DNA of 64,000 nt from Candidatus Undinarchaeota archaeon (GCA_964636545.1 CAZWSR010000004.1:9524-73523), one strand, 5' to 3'. Shown: positions 38,818 to 49,101, counted from the stretch's first letter. Notes: generated by a model from the letters alone, not told the origin. Numbers and translations are program-made.

Positions 38818-39354
38818 CTATTCCCCAATTTTCCCAAACTCATCAAAAATAATCTTACTAGTATCCTTAGCAACTCCAGGGTTTTTGAAAAAGTGCGCTA
38901 TTGTGCCCCTGTATTCTGCTTCAATTTCAAGTTCTTCTGGTGTTTTACTAGCTTCTGGATTGTGTCGTAAGTCAAGCAAAGATCCAGTGTGCATTATAAC
39001 AAACAATAATTTCTCAAGCATTTTGCCTTTAGTGCCTTCGGTTTTTCTGCCAAGACCATTTCTTTTAAAAGTATTTACAAAAGAATTTGCAAGTGTGCGC
39101 AATTTTGCTTCCCGAATTCTTGGAGATTGCTCTGTTTTGTGAAGATGTAATTTGTATTTGACAATTGCAGAATTCAAATTAACTTTAGCTGACTCACTTG
39201 ACTTTTCTAAAACACGAGCAATGTGGTCAGTGATAAGCGGATGCTTGCGCCAATAATTATTACGTTTAACAGCGCCAGTGTATTGCTTAAGATATTGATT
39301 CAGTTCTTTTTTTGCTGGATTTGATATTTGTACTAACCGTCTCACTTTAGGCAC
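38818..39354 (-). CDS. hypothetical protein
   Basis: 178-aa basic ORF with GTG start and a TATA-like element about 25 nt upstream; no recognised motif. Confidence 0.55.
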   Translation of the reverse strand: MPKVRRLVQISNPAKKELNQYLKQYTGAVKRNNYWRKHPLITDHIARVLEKSSESAKVNLNSAIVKYKLHLHKTEQSPRIREAKLRTLANSFVNTFKRNGLGRKTEGTKGKMLEKLLFVIMHTGSLLDLRHNPEASKTPEELEIEAEYRGTIAHFFKNPGVAKDTSKIIFDEFGKIGE

Positions 39355-39407
39355 CTAAAGTATTTTGTACCTCAAGGATTATATACTTTATTGTTGTTTT
39401 TCAGAAT

Positions 39408-40163
39408 ATGTTTCAAGTAAAACTTTCGCAAGAACATTCAACATTACCAGTAGCAGAGCTTAATGCAGTTATTGAAACCTGCTATCCAGACGAGAATGTT
39501 GTGCTAGAATTTAATGAAAATATAGTAAAGATTACTGGATTGAATGATATTTCTGAATTAAAGAACCGATTAGCTTATGCAATGGAAATTGATGGCGTGG
39601 AACTTGGACAAGGTTTTGATGCAAGGTACTCCAGGAATCGCCCGTTTTCTTATCCAACAACACTTGATCCAAAATTAGCAAGGTGTATGGTTAATTTAGC
39701 ACGACCTCAAACCCCCAACCTCAAACCTCCAACCCCAATCTTTGACCCTTTCTGCGGAACAGGCGGAATACTTTTGGAGGCTGGATTAATGGGTTTCAAG
39801 ACAATTGGAATTGATATTGATGAAAAAATGATTGCTGGTTGCAAGCAGAATTTAGAACATTATGGAGTTAGTGGTTTTGATATTTCAGTTGAAGATTTTT
39901 TCAAAACAAAAAAACAAGGAATAATTGTAACAGATCCACCATATGGCAAAAACACAATTGTATCTGGACAAACGATTGAAGAGTTTTACAATCTGATTTT
40001 GGAAAGATTATACAAAATAACAACTGGAATAAGCTGTATTGGAAGCCCAAATACAATAAATTTAAGTGAAATGGCAAGAAACCAAGGATTTAAAATACTT
40101 GAAGAACATATTGTTTTTGTTAATAAAGACATGAGTAAAAGGATATTGGTATTGGAGAAATGA
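39408..40163 (+). CDS. tRNA (guanine-10-N2) methyltransferase-like (Trm11/TrmG10), THUMP domain apparently missing
   Basis: LSQEH..LP.AE, RPF..P..LDPKLARCMVNLA, DPFCGTGGILLEA, TDPPYG. Confidence 0.82.
   Translation: MFQVKLSQEHSTLPVAELNAVIETCYPDENVVLEFNENIVKITGLNDISELKNRLAYAMEIDGVELGQGFDARYSRNRPFSYPTTLDPKLARCMVNLARPQTPNLKPPTPIFDPFCGTGGILLEAGLMGFKTIGIDIDEKMIAGCKQNLEHYGVSGFDISVEDFFKTKKQGIIVTDPPYGKNTIVSGQTIEEFYNLILERLYKITTGISCIGSPNTINLSEMARNQGFKILEEHIVFVNKDMSKRILVLEK
39704..39738. repeat. in-frame heptamer run inside the trm11-like gene
   Basis: acctcaa-accccca-acctcaa-acctcca-accccaa, encoding PQTPNLKPPTP. Confidence 0.7.
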
Positions 40164-40750
40164 TTAAAAATTTTTATGACCTATTAGATAAAAAATTAGA
40201 TGAAGTAGCAGACTATGATAAAAAACAGGATTATGATCTTTTTGGAGACTATAGTTTATTTGATAAGATTGTTGGAGAGGAAATATGTATTTTTAAAAAA
40301 GATAGAAAGAAAGAAAAATTTCGAAAAGATTTAACATTAGATGAAATAGACAGACTTCTAGATAAACTACAAAAAGTAATGAAAAATATTAACATAAAAA
40401 CTATAAAAAATTCTGAGATAGAAGATAAAATTGATTATTGCTATCAGATATATTCTAAAACATTTTTAAAAGAACCAACAAGAAGAGAGCGAAAATGGAC
40501 ACAAAAAGAGATGGTGAAAGCACAGATAAGGGAATTTATACACAAAAGAAAAAGAAAAATGAATAGAGAACTAGTTAGGCTTGCATATGTACAATGCGCA
40601 GTAGAAATTATCAGTAAGCTCTGGAATAAAGCTGATGAACGCGGCGTTAAACTAATTAATTTAGCTGAAATTGAAAAGAGTAAACATATAACAGTATATT
40701 TTAAGGATAATAAAAAATTGAACGCTGAAAAAAGATTAAAAAACACTTGA
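40160..40750 (+). CDS. hypothetical protein (very AT-rich, charged)
   Basis: 196-aa ORF overlapping the upstream stop (ATGA). Confidence 0.6.
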   Translation: MIKNFYDLLDKKLDEVADYDKKQDYDLFGDYSLFDKIVGEEICIFKKDRKKEKFRKDLTLDEIDRLLDKLQKVMKNINIKTIKNSEIEDKIDYCYQIYSKTFLKEPTRRERKWTQKEMVKAQIREFIHKRKRKMNRELVRLAYVQCAVEIISKLWNKADERGVKLINLAEIEKSKHITVYFKDNKKLNAEKRLKNT

Positions 40751-40805
40751 GAAAAATAAAGTAAAAACATAATTATTTATAAGTAACTTATTCTTATTCT
40801 AAACT

Positions 40806-41708
40806 ATGATTGAATTAATCTTTCTTGGAACAAGCGGAGGAATGCCAACAAAAGAACGCGCGCACTCAGCAATTGCTCTCCGCTATGGTGGCGAAGTTTT
40901 GCTATTTGAGTGTGGTGAGAATGCACAGCGCCAGTTTATGTACACAACCTACTCTCCAATGAAGATTGACAAGATTTTCATAAGCCATTGGCACGCAGAC
41001 CACTTTGCAGGACTACCGGGCCTTATTCAAAGCATGTCACTTCAGAACCGTTCACGAGATTTGCACATTTACGGACCAAAAAGTACTAAGAAATTTATTG
41101 ACATGATAATGAAAACTGGTCATTTCAAGTGTAAATTCGACGTTATTCCGCATGAAGTAACTACTGGAAAAATGATTTGTGCTGGAAAAAAGTATAGTGT
41201 TTATACAATTCCAACTAATCATAGTGTTGAAACACTCGCATACAAGTTTGAGGAAATGCCAAGACCGGGAAAATTCAATGCATCAAAAGCAAAAAAACTT
41301 GGAATTCAGGAAAAAGACTTTGGGAAACTGCAAGATGGGAAAAGTATCAAAGTTGGAAAGAAAAAAATAAAACCAGACCAAGTTATAGGACCAGACAGAC
41401 CAGGAAAAACAATTGTTTACAGCGGAGATACTATATTTAATCCAAAGATTATAGAATTCTCTGAAAAAGCTGATTTGCTAATACATGAAGCAACATTTGG
41501 CGATGAGATGAGAGAGTGGGCAGAGAAAGTAGGACACACAACTAATATACAAGCAGCTGAAATTGCAAAAAAAGCAAAAGTAAAAGAATTGATATTAACT
41601 CACCTTAGCCCAAGATACAAAGAAACTAAAACATTTTTAGCTCAAGCAAAAACTAAATTTAAAAATACTAAAATAGCTAATGACTTCATGGAAATTGTAG
41701 TGAAATGA
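40806..41708 (+). CDS. rnz: ribonuclease Z
   Basis: FLGTSGGMP, SHWHADH, exosite, YSGDT, HEAT, LTHLSPRY. Confidence 0.96.
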   Translation: MIELIFLGTSGGMPTKERAHSAIALRYGGEVLLFECGENAQRQFMYTTYSPMKIDKIFISHWHADHFAGLPGLIQSMSLQNRSRDLHIYGPKSTKKFIDMIMKTGHFKCKFDVIPHEVTTGKMICAGKKYSVYTIPTNHSVETLAYKFEEMPRPGKFNASKAKKLGIQEKDFGKLQDGKSIKVGKKKIKPDQVIGPDRPGKTIVYSGDTIFNPKIIEFSEKADLLIHEATFGDEMREWAEKVGHTTNIQAAEIAKKAKVKELILTHLSPRYKETKTFLAQAKTKFKNTKIANDFMEIVVK

Positions 41709-42616
41709 TACCACAGAACTTACGCGATCTTCTTGAAAAACAGCAATATCGAATTGTTGGCAACCACAGTGCTGTAAAAATATGTCATTGGACAAAAGAA
41801 TCAATGCGAAATCGCGGTTTTTGTTACAAACAACAGTTTTACGGAATTAGTGCACACCGTTGTTTGCAAATGACTCCTGCTGTTGCTTGGTGCAATCAAT
41901 CTTGTGTTTACTGCTGGAGACCAATTGAAAAAACACTTGGAGTAAATATGGATAATATTGAACTAGATGAGCCAGCAGAAATTATTGATGGTTGTATTGA
42001 AGCTCAAAGAGCATTGCTTATGGGATTTAAAGGCCGTGAAGGAGTTGATATGAAATTATTTGAAGAAGCAATGGAGCCAAATCAAGCAGCAATTTCGTTA
42101 GCTGGAGAACCGACACTTTATCCAAAGCTTCCTGAACTAATTGAAGAGTTTCATAAAAGAAAATTCACTACTTTTCTTGTAACAAATGGAACTAACCCAG
42201 AAATGTTGGAAAAAATACCTGAACCAACTAATTTGTACATCTCAGTTGATTCTCCAATTAAGGCAGAATACATGAAAATGGATAGGCCAATGGTAAGTGG
42301 GGCATGGGAAGCCTTAAACAAGAGCCTAAACCTGCTCAAAAACTTCAAATGCAACACTGTTGTACGGGCTACGCTAATGCGAAGCAACATGAAAGATCCT
42401 GAAACCTTTGGAAAATTCATTGAACAATTCAAACCAACCTATATAGAATGCAAAGCATACATGCATGTTGGCTTTTCCAAGGACCGAGTTAAGCATGAAG
42501 AAATGCCTTTACATGAAGAAATAATGCAGTTCGCTAGGGGAATTGAAAACATTACAGACTATACACTCATAGATGACAAATCGGCATCAAGAGTTGCACT
42601 TTTGAAGCTAAAATAA
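41705..42616 (+). CDS. taw1: 4-demethylwyosine synthase (radical SAM)
   Basis: HSAVKICHWT, CYKQQFYGI..HRC, CNQSCVYCWR, ISLAGEPT. Confidence 0.95.
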   Translation: MIPQNLRDLLEKQQYRIVGNHSAVKICHWTKESMRNRGFCYKQQFYGISAHRCLQMTPAVAWCNQSCVYCWRPIEKTLGVNMDNIELDEPAEIIDGCIEAQRALLMGFKGREGVDMKLFEEAMEPNQAAISLAGEPTLYPKLPELIEEFHKRKFTTFLVTNGTNPEMLEKIPEPTNLYISVDSPIKAEYMKMDRPMVSGAWEALNKSLNLLKNFKCNTVVRATLMRSNMKDPETFGKFIEQFKPTYIECKAYMHVGFSKDRVKHEEMPLHEEIMQFARGIENITDYTLIDDKSASRVALLKLK

Positions 42617-42619
42617 CGC

Positions 42620-42704
42620 TGTATTGTTGCAAAGTAACAAAAAAAGACCTGTATAACAAAGTATATAAAAGGTCAACCCAAGTTTTTCAATAGAAAACAA
42701 TACA
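42620..42704. promoter_or_regulatory. TATA box with nested inverted repeats
   Basis: tgtattgtt(42620)/aacaataca(42696) and gacct(42646)/aggtc(42670) around gtatataaaa. Confidence 0.5.
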
Positions 42705-42722
42705 ACCTTGGTGAATTAAAAT

Positions 42723-43871
42723 ATGCTAGAAAACCCGTTTGCTGATACAGTACCAACGCACTTTGCAATAGCTGCGACAGTGTATACAGAATCACTACAA
42801 CAGCTACAAGCAGAAACAAAAACAAAGCGTTCAAAACTAATTTTTGCAGTAGGTGGTTATGGAAATGGCAAGTCACATGCACTTGAACGCCTAAAAAATG
42901 ACATTAATATTGAACAAAATAAAAAACTAGCTATTTACTCTTCTGCTTTTGCAACAAAAAGTTTGCGAGGAATTTATGATCAAGTAACTTCAGAGTTAAT
43001 GGCAGGCAAATATGACAAACTTGACACAAGTGCAGAAAATCGAGTTATGATGGAAACCAAAGGAATTCCAGAAAAAATTGTAAATCTTTTCTTTAACAAT
43101 ACATTATTCAGAACAAAGGAGGAAATGCGACCAATATTAAAATTCGGAAAAACAGTTGCGTCCTCAGTTGATGTTGTAAATTTCATATGTGCGCTGTCAG
43201 TTCTTGTTGAACAATTAATTCTGATGATTGATGATATTGAAGAAGCAGCAACAATGGATAAAAACGAGAGAAAAATGTTCTTTGGTTATTTGCGTGCACT
43301 TTATGACCAGGCAGTTAGAAACAACAATAATATTTTGATTTTACTTACATTTATTCCAAACAAACTTCGCTTACTTCAAGAAGACAGAGTGGACTTTTAT
43401 CAGCGAATGGATATTGATGTTAATTTCAATAGACCAACTTTCAAGGAACTGAAATTAATTGTTGACAAGCGTCTGGAAATAAGTGGTTTAGAGAAATACA
43501 AATTTACTGACCGTGCACTAAAACAAATTTATGAAAAAACAGATAGTATTCGAGACATGTTTAATCTTTTAAGAAAATCACTTGATTCAGCAGAAGCTAA
43601 AGGTGAAAAGAAAATAGACAATATTGAACTTCCAAAAAAGAAAAAAGCACTGGAAGTCCGCGGTTCAAAACCAGCAGATGATGCAATATTTTCAGTTCTT
43701 AGAAAACAAGAAGGTTTGAAAGCAGATGAAATAGTTAAGAAAACAGAAATGAGTAATCCGTGGATTAGACACCGACTTGCAGACCTTGTGCGAGAAGGAA
43801 TACTTACAAAACAGCAAATAGCGCGAAACAAACCAGCAAGATACTACCTTGCAGGAGAAGAGAAAAAGTGA
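42723..43871 (+). CDS. AAA+/P-loop ATPase with C-terminal winged HTH
   Basis: ENPF start, Walker A GGYGNGKS, Walker B LMIDDIE, FYQR, SIRD; wHTH (EIV..TEMS....RHRL..LV.EGIL). Confidence 0.8.
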   Translation: MLENPFADTVPTHFAIAATVYTESLQQLQAETKTKRSKLIFAVGGYGNGKSHALERLKNDINIEQNKKLAIYSSAFATKSLRGIYDQVTSELMAGKYDKLDTSAENRVMMETKGIPEKIVNLFFNNTLFRTKEEMRPILKFGKTVASSVDVVNFICALSVLVEQLILMIDDIEEAATMDKNERKMFFGYLRALYDQAVRNNNNILILLTFIPNKLRLLQEDRVDFYQRMDIDVNFNRPTFKELKLIVDKRLEISGLEKYKFTDRALKQIYEKTDSIRDMFNLLRKSLDSAEAKGEKKIDNIELPKKKKALEVRGSKPADDAIFSVLRKQEGLKADEIVKKTEMSNPWIRHRLADLVREGILTKQQIARNKPARYYLAGEEKK

Positions 43872-44536
43872 GAGAAACACTGATCATAAAAGGGAAAGCA
43901 CTGGACAATGCACGATTCTGCACACTTGTAGATGCTCTTACAAAGAAAAAATACAGACCAATAATTGATCCAAGAAATTTTGACAATCCAATAACAACAA
44001 AAGCAAGATTCAAAACAAAAGAAGAAAAAATACGATTTATTGAAATTTCACCAAATCTTGAAATAGAAATAGAGCATACAGGAAACAAGACAGAAGGGAA
44101 AACATTCTTGAATGAAATAAAAATTAATGTTGAAACATCAATACCTGCAGCAATTATTAAACCAGAAGATTTTGAACTTGCAACACTTCAAATGATTGCT
44201 CGAAAAGAAAGTGTAATAATTCCAAAAAACAGTTCTGAGCGAAAACTTTTCATGAGTTTAGTTGAAAAAAACATTTTCACTTTAGCAAAAAGAATAGAAT
44301 GTCCACATTGCAACATCAGTTTCATGTTCCCAAAAGAAAAAACAGTTCTTGGAACCAAATCTTTTTGCAAAGACTGTGAAAAATGGTTTGAAATAAAAAG
44401 AGATACAGAAGCATTTGTATTAAATGAGGATTATATGGAAGTACTTGGCGGAATGTGGGGGAAAATGCAAAAACTAATAAAAGATAGCTGGAGAGAAGTG
44501 GTCAAAAAAGGCGTTCCAATGATTCCAAAGGTGTAG
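43868..44536 (+). CDS. hypothetical protein with Zn ribbon
   Basis: CPHC...CKDC; GTGA overlap with the ATPase stop. Confidence 0.7.
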   Translation: MRETLIIKGKALDNARFCTLVDALTKKKYRPIIDPRNFDNPITTKARFKTKEEKIRFIEISPNLEIEIEHTGNKTEGKTFLNEIKINVETSIPAAIIKPEDFELATLQMIARKESVIIPKNSSERKLFMSLVEKNIFTLAKRIECPHCNISFMFPKEKTVLGTKSFCKDCEKWFEIKRDTEAFVLNEDYMEVLGGMWGKMQKLIKDSWREVVKKGVPMIPKV

Positions 44537-44541
44537 AAAAT

Positions 44542-44598
44542 AGGTATCAGGTGTCAGCAGTCAGCCCTCAGGTGCTGAGGGCCGAAAACCTGACGCCT
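44542..44598. repeat. palindromic heptamer array, class 2
   Basis: aggtatc-aggtgtc-agcagtc-agccctc-ag-GTG-ct-gagggcc-gaaaacct-gacgcct. Confidence 0.8.
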
Positions 44599-44619
44599 TA
44601 AACAATAGGACAAATAAAA

Positions 44620-45195
44620 ATGGAAGAACAAAAATCAAAATTAAGAAAACAAATGTATGCAAGGCGAGACGCACTTGATTTAGGCGATATAATGGAAAAA
44701 AGTGAGGTTATTAAGGGAAAACTTTTCACACTTAAAGAAATTCAAGACGCAAACACAATAATGTTTTATTCATCCTGTAGATCAGAAGTGCGAACACGAG
44801 AAATGATTGAAGAAGCACTTGCAATGGGAAAAGATGTTGTGCTACCAATAACAAACATCAAAAAGAAAACAGCAACCCTTGTGAAAATTAATAGCACAGC
44901 AGCACTTATACCAAATGAGGCAGGTATCCCAGAACCAAAACCAGACAACAAAGAGCATGTTAAACCAGAAGAACTTGATTTAATTATTGCACCAGGTGTT
45001 GCTTTTACAGAAGATGGTAAAAGACTTGGGCAAGGATGGGGCTTTTTTGACCAACTTTTTACAAAAACCAAAGCAAAACGAATTGGACTTTGTTTTGACA
45101 TGCAGCTTATGGAAAGTGTACCAACAGAAGCACATGATCAGGACCTTGATTTACTTGTAACAGAATCTGGCGTATTCCGGCCAAAACTGATTTGA
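44620..45195 (+). CDS. 5-formyltetrahydrofolate cyclo-ligase
   Basis: K..LRK, GIPEP, PGVAF...G.RLG.G.G.FD, HD..LD..VTE. Confidence 0.93.
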   Translation: MEEQKSKLRKQMYARRDALDLGDIMEKSEVIKGKLFTLKEIQDANTIMFYSSCRSEVRTREMIEEALAMGKDVVLPITNIKKKTATLVKINSTAALIPNEAGIPEPKPDNKEHVKPEELDLIIAPGVAFTEDGKRLGQGWGFFDQLFTKTKAKRIGLCFDMQLMESVPTEAHDQDLDLLVTESGVFRPKLI

Positions 45196-45242
45196 AAGAT
45201 TTTTGCACTAATTATTTAAACCGCTCAACGCAAGTTCAAAAT

Positions 45243-46538
45243 ATGGAAAACCTAATCCGCGATTCACTTCAGAAACAAGACCCAGATGTTGACCAAATGG
45301 TTAGAAATGAAGCAGAGCGACAGCAATTTGGGCTAGAACTTATACCTTCTGAGAATTTTTCAAGTCAAGCAGTTCGTGAAGCAATGGCATCTCCAATGAA
45401 TGATAAATATGCTGAAGGATATCCAAGAAAACGATATTATGGCGGAAATCAGATTATTGATCAAGTTGAAGAACTAGCAATTGAACGCGCAAAACAGCTT
45501 TTTGGATGCGAGCACGTCAATGTTCAGCCATATTCTGGAAGTCCTGCAAATGCAGCAGCTTATTTTGCTGTTTTAGAGCCAGGTGATACAATAATGGGAA
45601 TGTCGCTTGCACATGGAGGTCACTTAACTCATGGACACAAAGTTAATTTTTCAGGAAAACTTTACAAAACAGCACAATATGGACTAAGCAAGAAAACTGG
45701 TAAAATTGATTATGACGAAATTAGAAAACTTGCAAAAGAACACAAACCAAAAATTATTGTTTCAGGTGCAACCGCTTATCCAAGAGAAATTGATTTTAAG
45801 CAATTTAGTGAAATTGCTGAAGAAGTTGGTGCTTATTCAATGGCAGATGTTGCACATATTGCTGGTTTAATTGCTGGCGGAGTTCACCAGAGCCCATTCC
45901 CACACACAGATATTGTCACAACTACAACTCACAAAACATTGAGAGGCCCTCGAGGTGCAATGATAATGTGCAAAATTAAAGACAAACTTAAGGAAAAATA
46001 TCATGCTGAAAGCAAATACACTCTTGCTCAAAGAATTGACCGTGCAGTTTTCCCAGGATTGCAGGGCGGACCACACGAACACCAGATTGCTGCTAAAGCA
46101 GTTGCTTTTGGAGAAGCACTACAACCAGAATTCAAAGAATATGCTGGACAAGTTGTTAAAAATGCAAAAGCAATGTCAGAAGTTTTATTGGAAAAGGACT
46201 TTAATTTAGTAACTGGTGGAACTGACAACCATTTGATGCTTATTGATTTAACAAATAAAAATATTACTGGTGCTGAAGCTGAAACTGCTCTTGATAAAGC
46301 AGGAATTACAGTAAACAAAAACGCAGTGCCTTATGACATTAGAAAACCATTTGATCCATCTGGCATTCGATTAGGCACACCAGCAATCACTACTCGTGGT
46401 TTGAAAGAATCAGAATGCAAACAAGTTGCTGAATTTATTAGCAATGTTGTTAATAATCATAAAAATGATGATAAAATAAAGGAGATTCGGGAAGAAGTTA
46501 AACAATTATGTGAAAAATACCCCTTGTACAACCTATGA
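45243..46538 (+). CDS. glyA: serine hydroxymethyltransferase (bacterial-like)
   Basis: [47 protein letters not shown]. Confidence 0.97.
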   Translation: MENLIRDSLQKQDPDVDQMVRNEAERQQFGLELIPSENFSSQAVREAMASPMNDKYAEGYPRKRYYGGNQIIDQVEELAIERAKQLFGCEHVNVQPYSGSPANAAAYFAVLEPGDTIMGMSLAHGGHLTHGHKVNFSGKLYKTAQYGLSKKTGKIDYDEIRKLAKEHKPKIIVSGATAYPREIDFKQFSEIAEEVGAYSMADVAHIAGLIAGGVHQSPFPHTDIVTTTTHKTLRGPRGAMIMCKIKDKLKEKYHAESKYTLAQRIDRAVFPGLQGGPHEHQIAAKAVAFGEALQPEFKEYAGQVVKNAKAMSEVLLEKDFNLVTGGTDNHLMLIDLTNKNITGAEAETALDKAGITVNKNAVPYDIRKPFDPSGIRLGTPAITTRGLKESECKQVAEFISNVVNNHKNDDKIKEIREEVKQLCEKYPLYNL

Positions 46539-47350
46539 TTATTGATGGAACAGCAATTGCAGAAAAAATCACTGAAGATTTAAAGAAACAAATTTCTGAA
46601 TTAAAAACCAAACCAGGGCTAGCAGGAATTATTGTTGGAGATGATCCAGGTTCAAAAATTTACATTAATATTAAAGAGAAAAAATGCAAGGAACTTGGAA
46701 TTTATTTTGAAAAACATGAACTAGCTGCTGATTCCACTGAAGAGAATGTTATTGAATTGATACAGAAATTAAATACAAAAAAAGAAATTCATGGAATTTT
46801 AGTGCAAATACCATTACCTGAACACATTAACAAGGAAAATGTAATTAACACAATTGCCACTGAAAAAGATGTTGATGGATTGCATCCAGTAAATATGGGA
46901 AAACTTGTTAGGCAGGAGAAAGGAATTGTTCCTTGCACACCAAAAGGATGTATTAAACTTATTGAATCAACTGGAATTAAAATTTCTGGAAAAAATGCAG
47001 TTGTTGTTGGACGAAGCAACTTAGTAGGAAGGCCAGTTGCGATTCTGCTTCAGCATGCGAATGCAACAGTAACTGTTTGCCATTCAAAAACTCAGCCACT
47101 TATCGATTACACAAAACAAGCAGATATTTTAGTTGTTGCAGTTGGAAAACCTGGATTAATTACTGCAGATATGGTCAAAGAAGATGCTATTGTGATTGAT
47201 GTTGGAATTAATAGAACAGAAAATGGCCTAGTTGGAGATGTTGATTTTGAAAATGTTAAGAAGAAAGCAGGTTTTATTACTCCAGTGCCCGGAGGTGTTG
47301 GGCCAATGACAGTTGCTATGTTGTTGGAAAATGTTGTTGAACGAATTTAA
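46535..47350 (+). CDS. folD: methylenetetrahydrofolate dehydrogenase/cyclohydrolase
   Basis: [37 protein letters not shown]. Confidence 0.97.
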   Translation: MIIDGTAIAEKITEDLKKQISELKTKPGLAGIIVGDDPGSKIYINIKEKKCKELGIYFEKHELAADSTEENVIELIQKLNTKKEIHGILVQIPLPEHINKENVINTIATEKDVDGLHPVNMGKLVRQEKGIVPCTPKGCIKLIESTGIKISGKNAVVVGRSNLVGRPVAILLQHANATVTVCHSKTQPLIDYTKQADILVVAVGKPGLITADMVKEDAIVIDVGINRTENGLVGDVDFENVKKKAGFITPVPGGVGPMTVAMLLENVVERI

Positions 47351-47353
47351 ATT

Positions 47354-48727
47354 TTATTTCCCCATGTCCTGATACTTAGCTCTCTGATCCATCATTTTTC
47401 CGCAAGTTTTATTCCGTTCTGGGCAATTTCCAATAACGCAAGTAGAACCTGCACCTTCAAAAATAAGTGGCGCTTTTTGTTTTACTTCCTTTAGAATATC
47501 ATCTGCAAGTTCCTGAATTTCCCACTGAGCTCGATTACAGCAACGCAATCTAAAAAAATGATGCAATTCTCTTGCATTTATTGTCATAACAACACTGACA
47601 AGATTTCCACATTGATACAAATAACTTAAAACTTCGCGTGGAACACCATCGCCTTTGAATCTCTTGTAAAGTTCATGGGTTTTATCAATTGTTGCTTTGT
47701 AAATTTCAAGTAATTCAGGTTTCCCACTAATTGTTTTTGGAAGTACATTTCCATAGAACATATTTACTTCAGTGAATTTTGGAATAGTAAGACTCTGCAT
47801 ACGATGTCTGGTCAAATGAGTAAGCACCGATAATGAAATCTTGTTTATTCGCAAAGTAAAATTAGCATGTTCGAATTCTCGCTTTCTCTTATTTCTGCAA
47901 ATAATATTTACAACTCCGGTTTTTTTACCGTGCATTAATTCTTTTGCAGTGTCTGCATCAACTTGTAAATGATTCATTGTTGCAATTGTTGCAATTTTAT
48001 CATCAGGATTTTCAGTGCAATAGAGTAAATCAACTTTTTTCTCAGGTAGTTTTGGTACTGATTTATCAGGGAACAAACCGCGAAGCTGTTCCTCTTTTTT
48101 ACTTTCTTCATGTTCAAACAAATTTATATCATCAAAAATTACTGGCGCAATTTCTTTTGCTTGATCAAGAAGAGCTTCACCTGCTTTTCTAACTTCACTA
48201 TAAGGCCGACCATGACCATACATGCACCCGTAAATAAAATGCGCTAGTTCTCGAGCATTAATTGTGCAGATTATGTTATCAAAAGTGCAAAATGGAAGAA
48301 CAAATCGAGCATCTTCAGTAGGTATGCCAGCATCAACAAGCTTTTTGTAGGACTCAGATAAGAATGCAACATGCTCCTCAAATTCTTTTTCAAGTTGTGG
48401 TTTGTACTTGAAAAAGCTAGGCACATAATGACCAACATTCGAATAATTAACATATCGCTTGGAGCGAACAGTATAACTTGCAAGTCTATGCTCAATTAAG
48501 TATTGATGAAACATTGCTGAAATATTTTCAAACGCAATTGTGAAAATTCCATGCTCAATAACAGAATGGTGCCCCAATTTTATAATATTTCCAAGAACTG
48601 TTTTTGCTTTTTCAGGAGAAATTTTCTCAAGTAATTCCCCATATCCTTCTTGAGAAACAGACGTAAACCCAGCGATTCCGCAGAGCTTGTCTGGGTCAGT
48701 GTTATAGTTGATTATTTTTACTGTCAT
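47354..48727 (-). CDS. thyX: FAD-dependent thymidylate synthase with two tandem ThyX domains
   Basis: Domain 1 GHHSVIEH, EHRLASYTVRSKRY, EDARFVLP, NAREL; domain 2 EFEH, TRHRMQS, NAREL.HF..LRCCNRAQWEI. Confidence 0.9.
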   Translation of the reverse strand: MTVKIINYNTDPDKLCGIAGFTSVSQEGYGELLEKISPEKAKTVLGNIIKLGHHSVIEHGIFTIAFENISAMFHQYLIEHRLASYTVRSKRYVNYSNVGHYVPSFFKYKPQLEKEFEEHVAFLSESYKKLVDAGIPTEDARFVLPFCTFDNIICTINARELAHFIYGCMYGHGRPYSEVRKAGEALLDQAKEIAPVIFDDINLFEHEESKKEEQLRGLFPDKSVPKLPEKKVDLLYCTENPDDKIATIATMNHLQVDADTAKELMHGKKTGVVNIICRNKRKREFEHANFTLRINKISLSVLTHLTRHRMQSLTIPKFTEVNMFYGNVLPKTISGKPELLEIYKATIDKTHELYKRFKGDGVPREVLSYLYQCGNLVSVVMTINARELHHFFRLRCCNRAQWEIQELADDILKEVKQKAPLIFEGAGSTCVIGNCPERNKTCGKMMDQRAKYQDMGK

Positions 48728-48929
48728 TGGTATTCACTTCTATGAATTTTTCAAACGAACGGTCGTATGTTGCTTCTATTTCAGATGTAAAACAGCACGC
48801 CGGTAGCTCTTTTCTAGAGCGGTGGTACTGAAGACACTCACAGCATTTTCCTCTTCGTGAGCATCCAGGGTAAGTACAATTGCACTGCTGTAAGTTCTTG
48901 TCAGTATTCGGACACTCCACTTCTCCCAC
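48702..48929 (-). CDS. small Cys-rich protein (DUF6485-like)
   Basis: CNCTY..CSRRGKCCECL.YH....ELPAC.F....E.TYDRS.E.F. Confidence 0.78.
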   Translation of the reverse strand: MGEVECPNTDKNLQQCNCTYPGCSRRGKCCECLQYHRSRKELPACCFTSEIEATYDRSFEKFIEVNTNDSKNNQL

Positions 48930-48997
48930 CAGTCTGAGATTGAACCTAATCCCTTATAAGTTTTTATTCAGTTGAGAGGATAAAAGAAATTTGAGAA

Positions 48998-49052
48998 AGG
49001 GATCAGGCAACAGGTATCAGGCCTGATACCCGACCCACGATACCTGATACCT
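48998..49052. repeat. palindromic heptamer array, class 2
   Basis: agggatc-aggcaac-aggtatc-agg/cct-gataccc-gacccac-gatacct-gatacct. Confidence 0.85.
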
Positions 49053-49101
49053 TCGTCATACATAAATTACTTTTATAAACCACAACTTACTATGTTTCTT
49101 G

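Noticed and set aside
38654-40750. Integrated element at tRNA-Ser(TGA)
   Set aside because: No integrase and no duplicated tRNA 3' end seen; the neighbours include housekeeping tRNA enzymes
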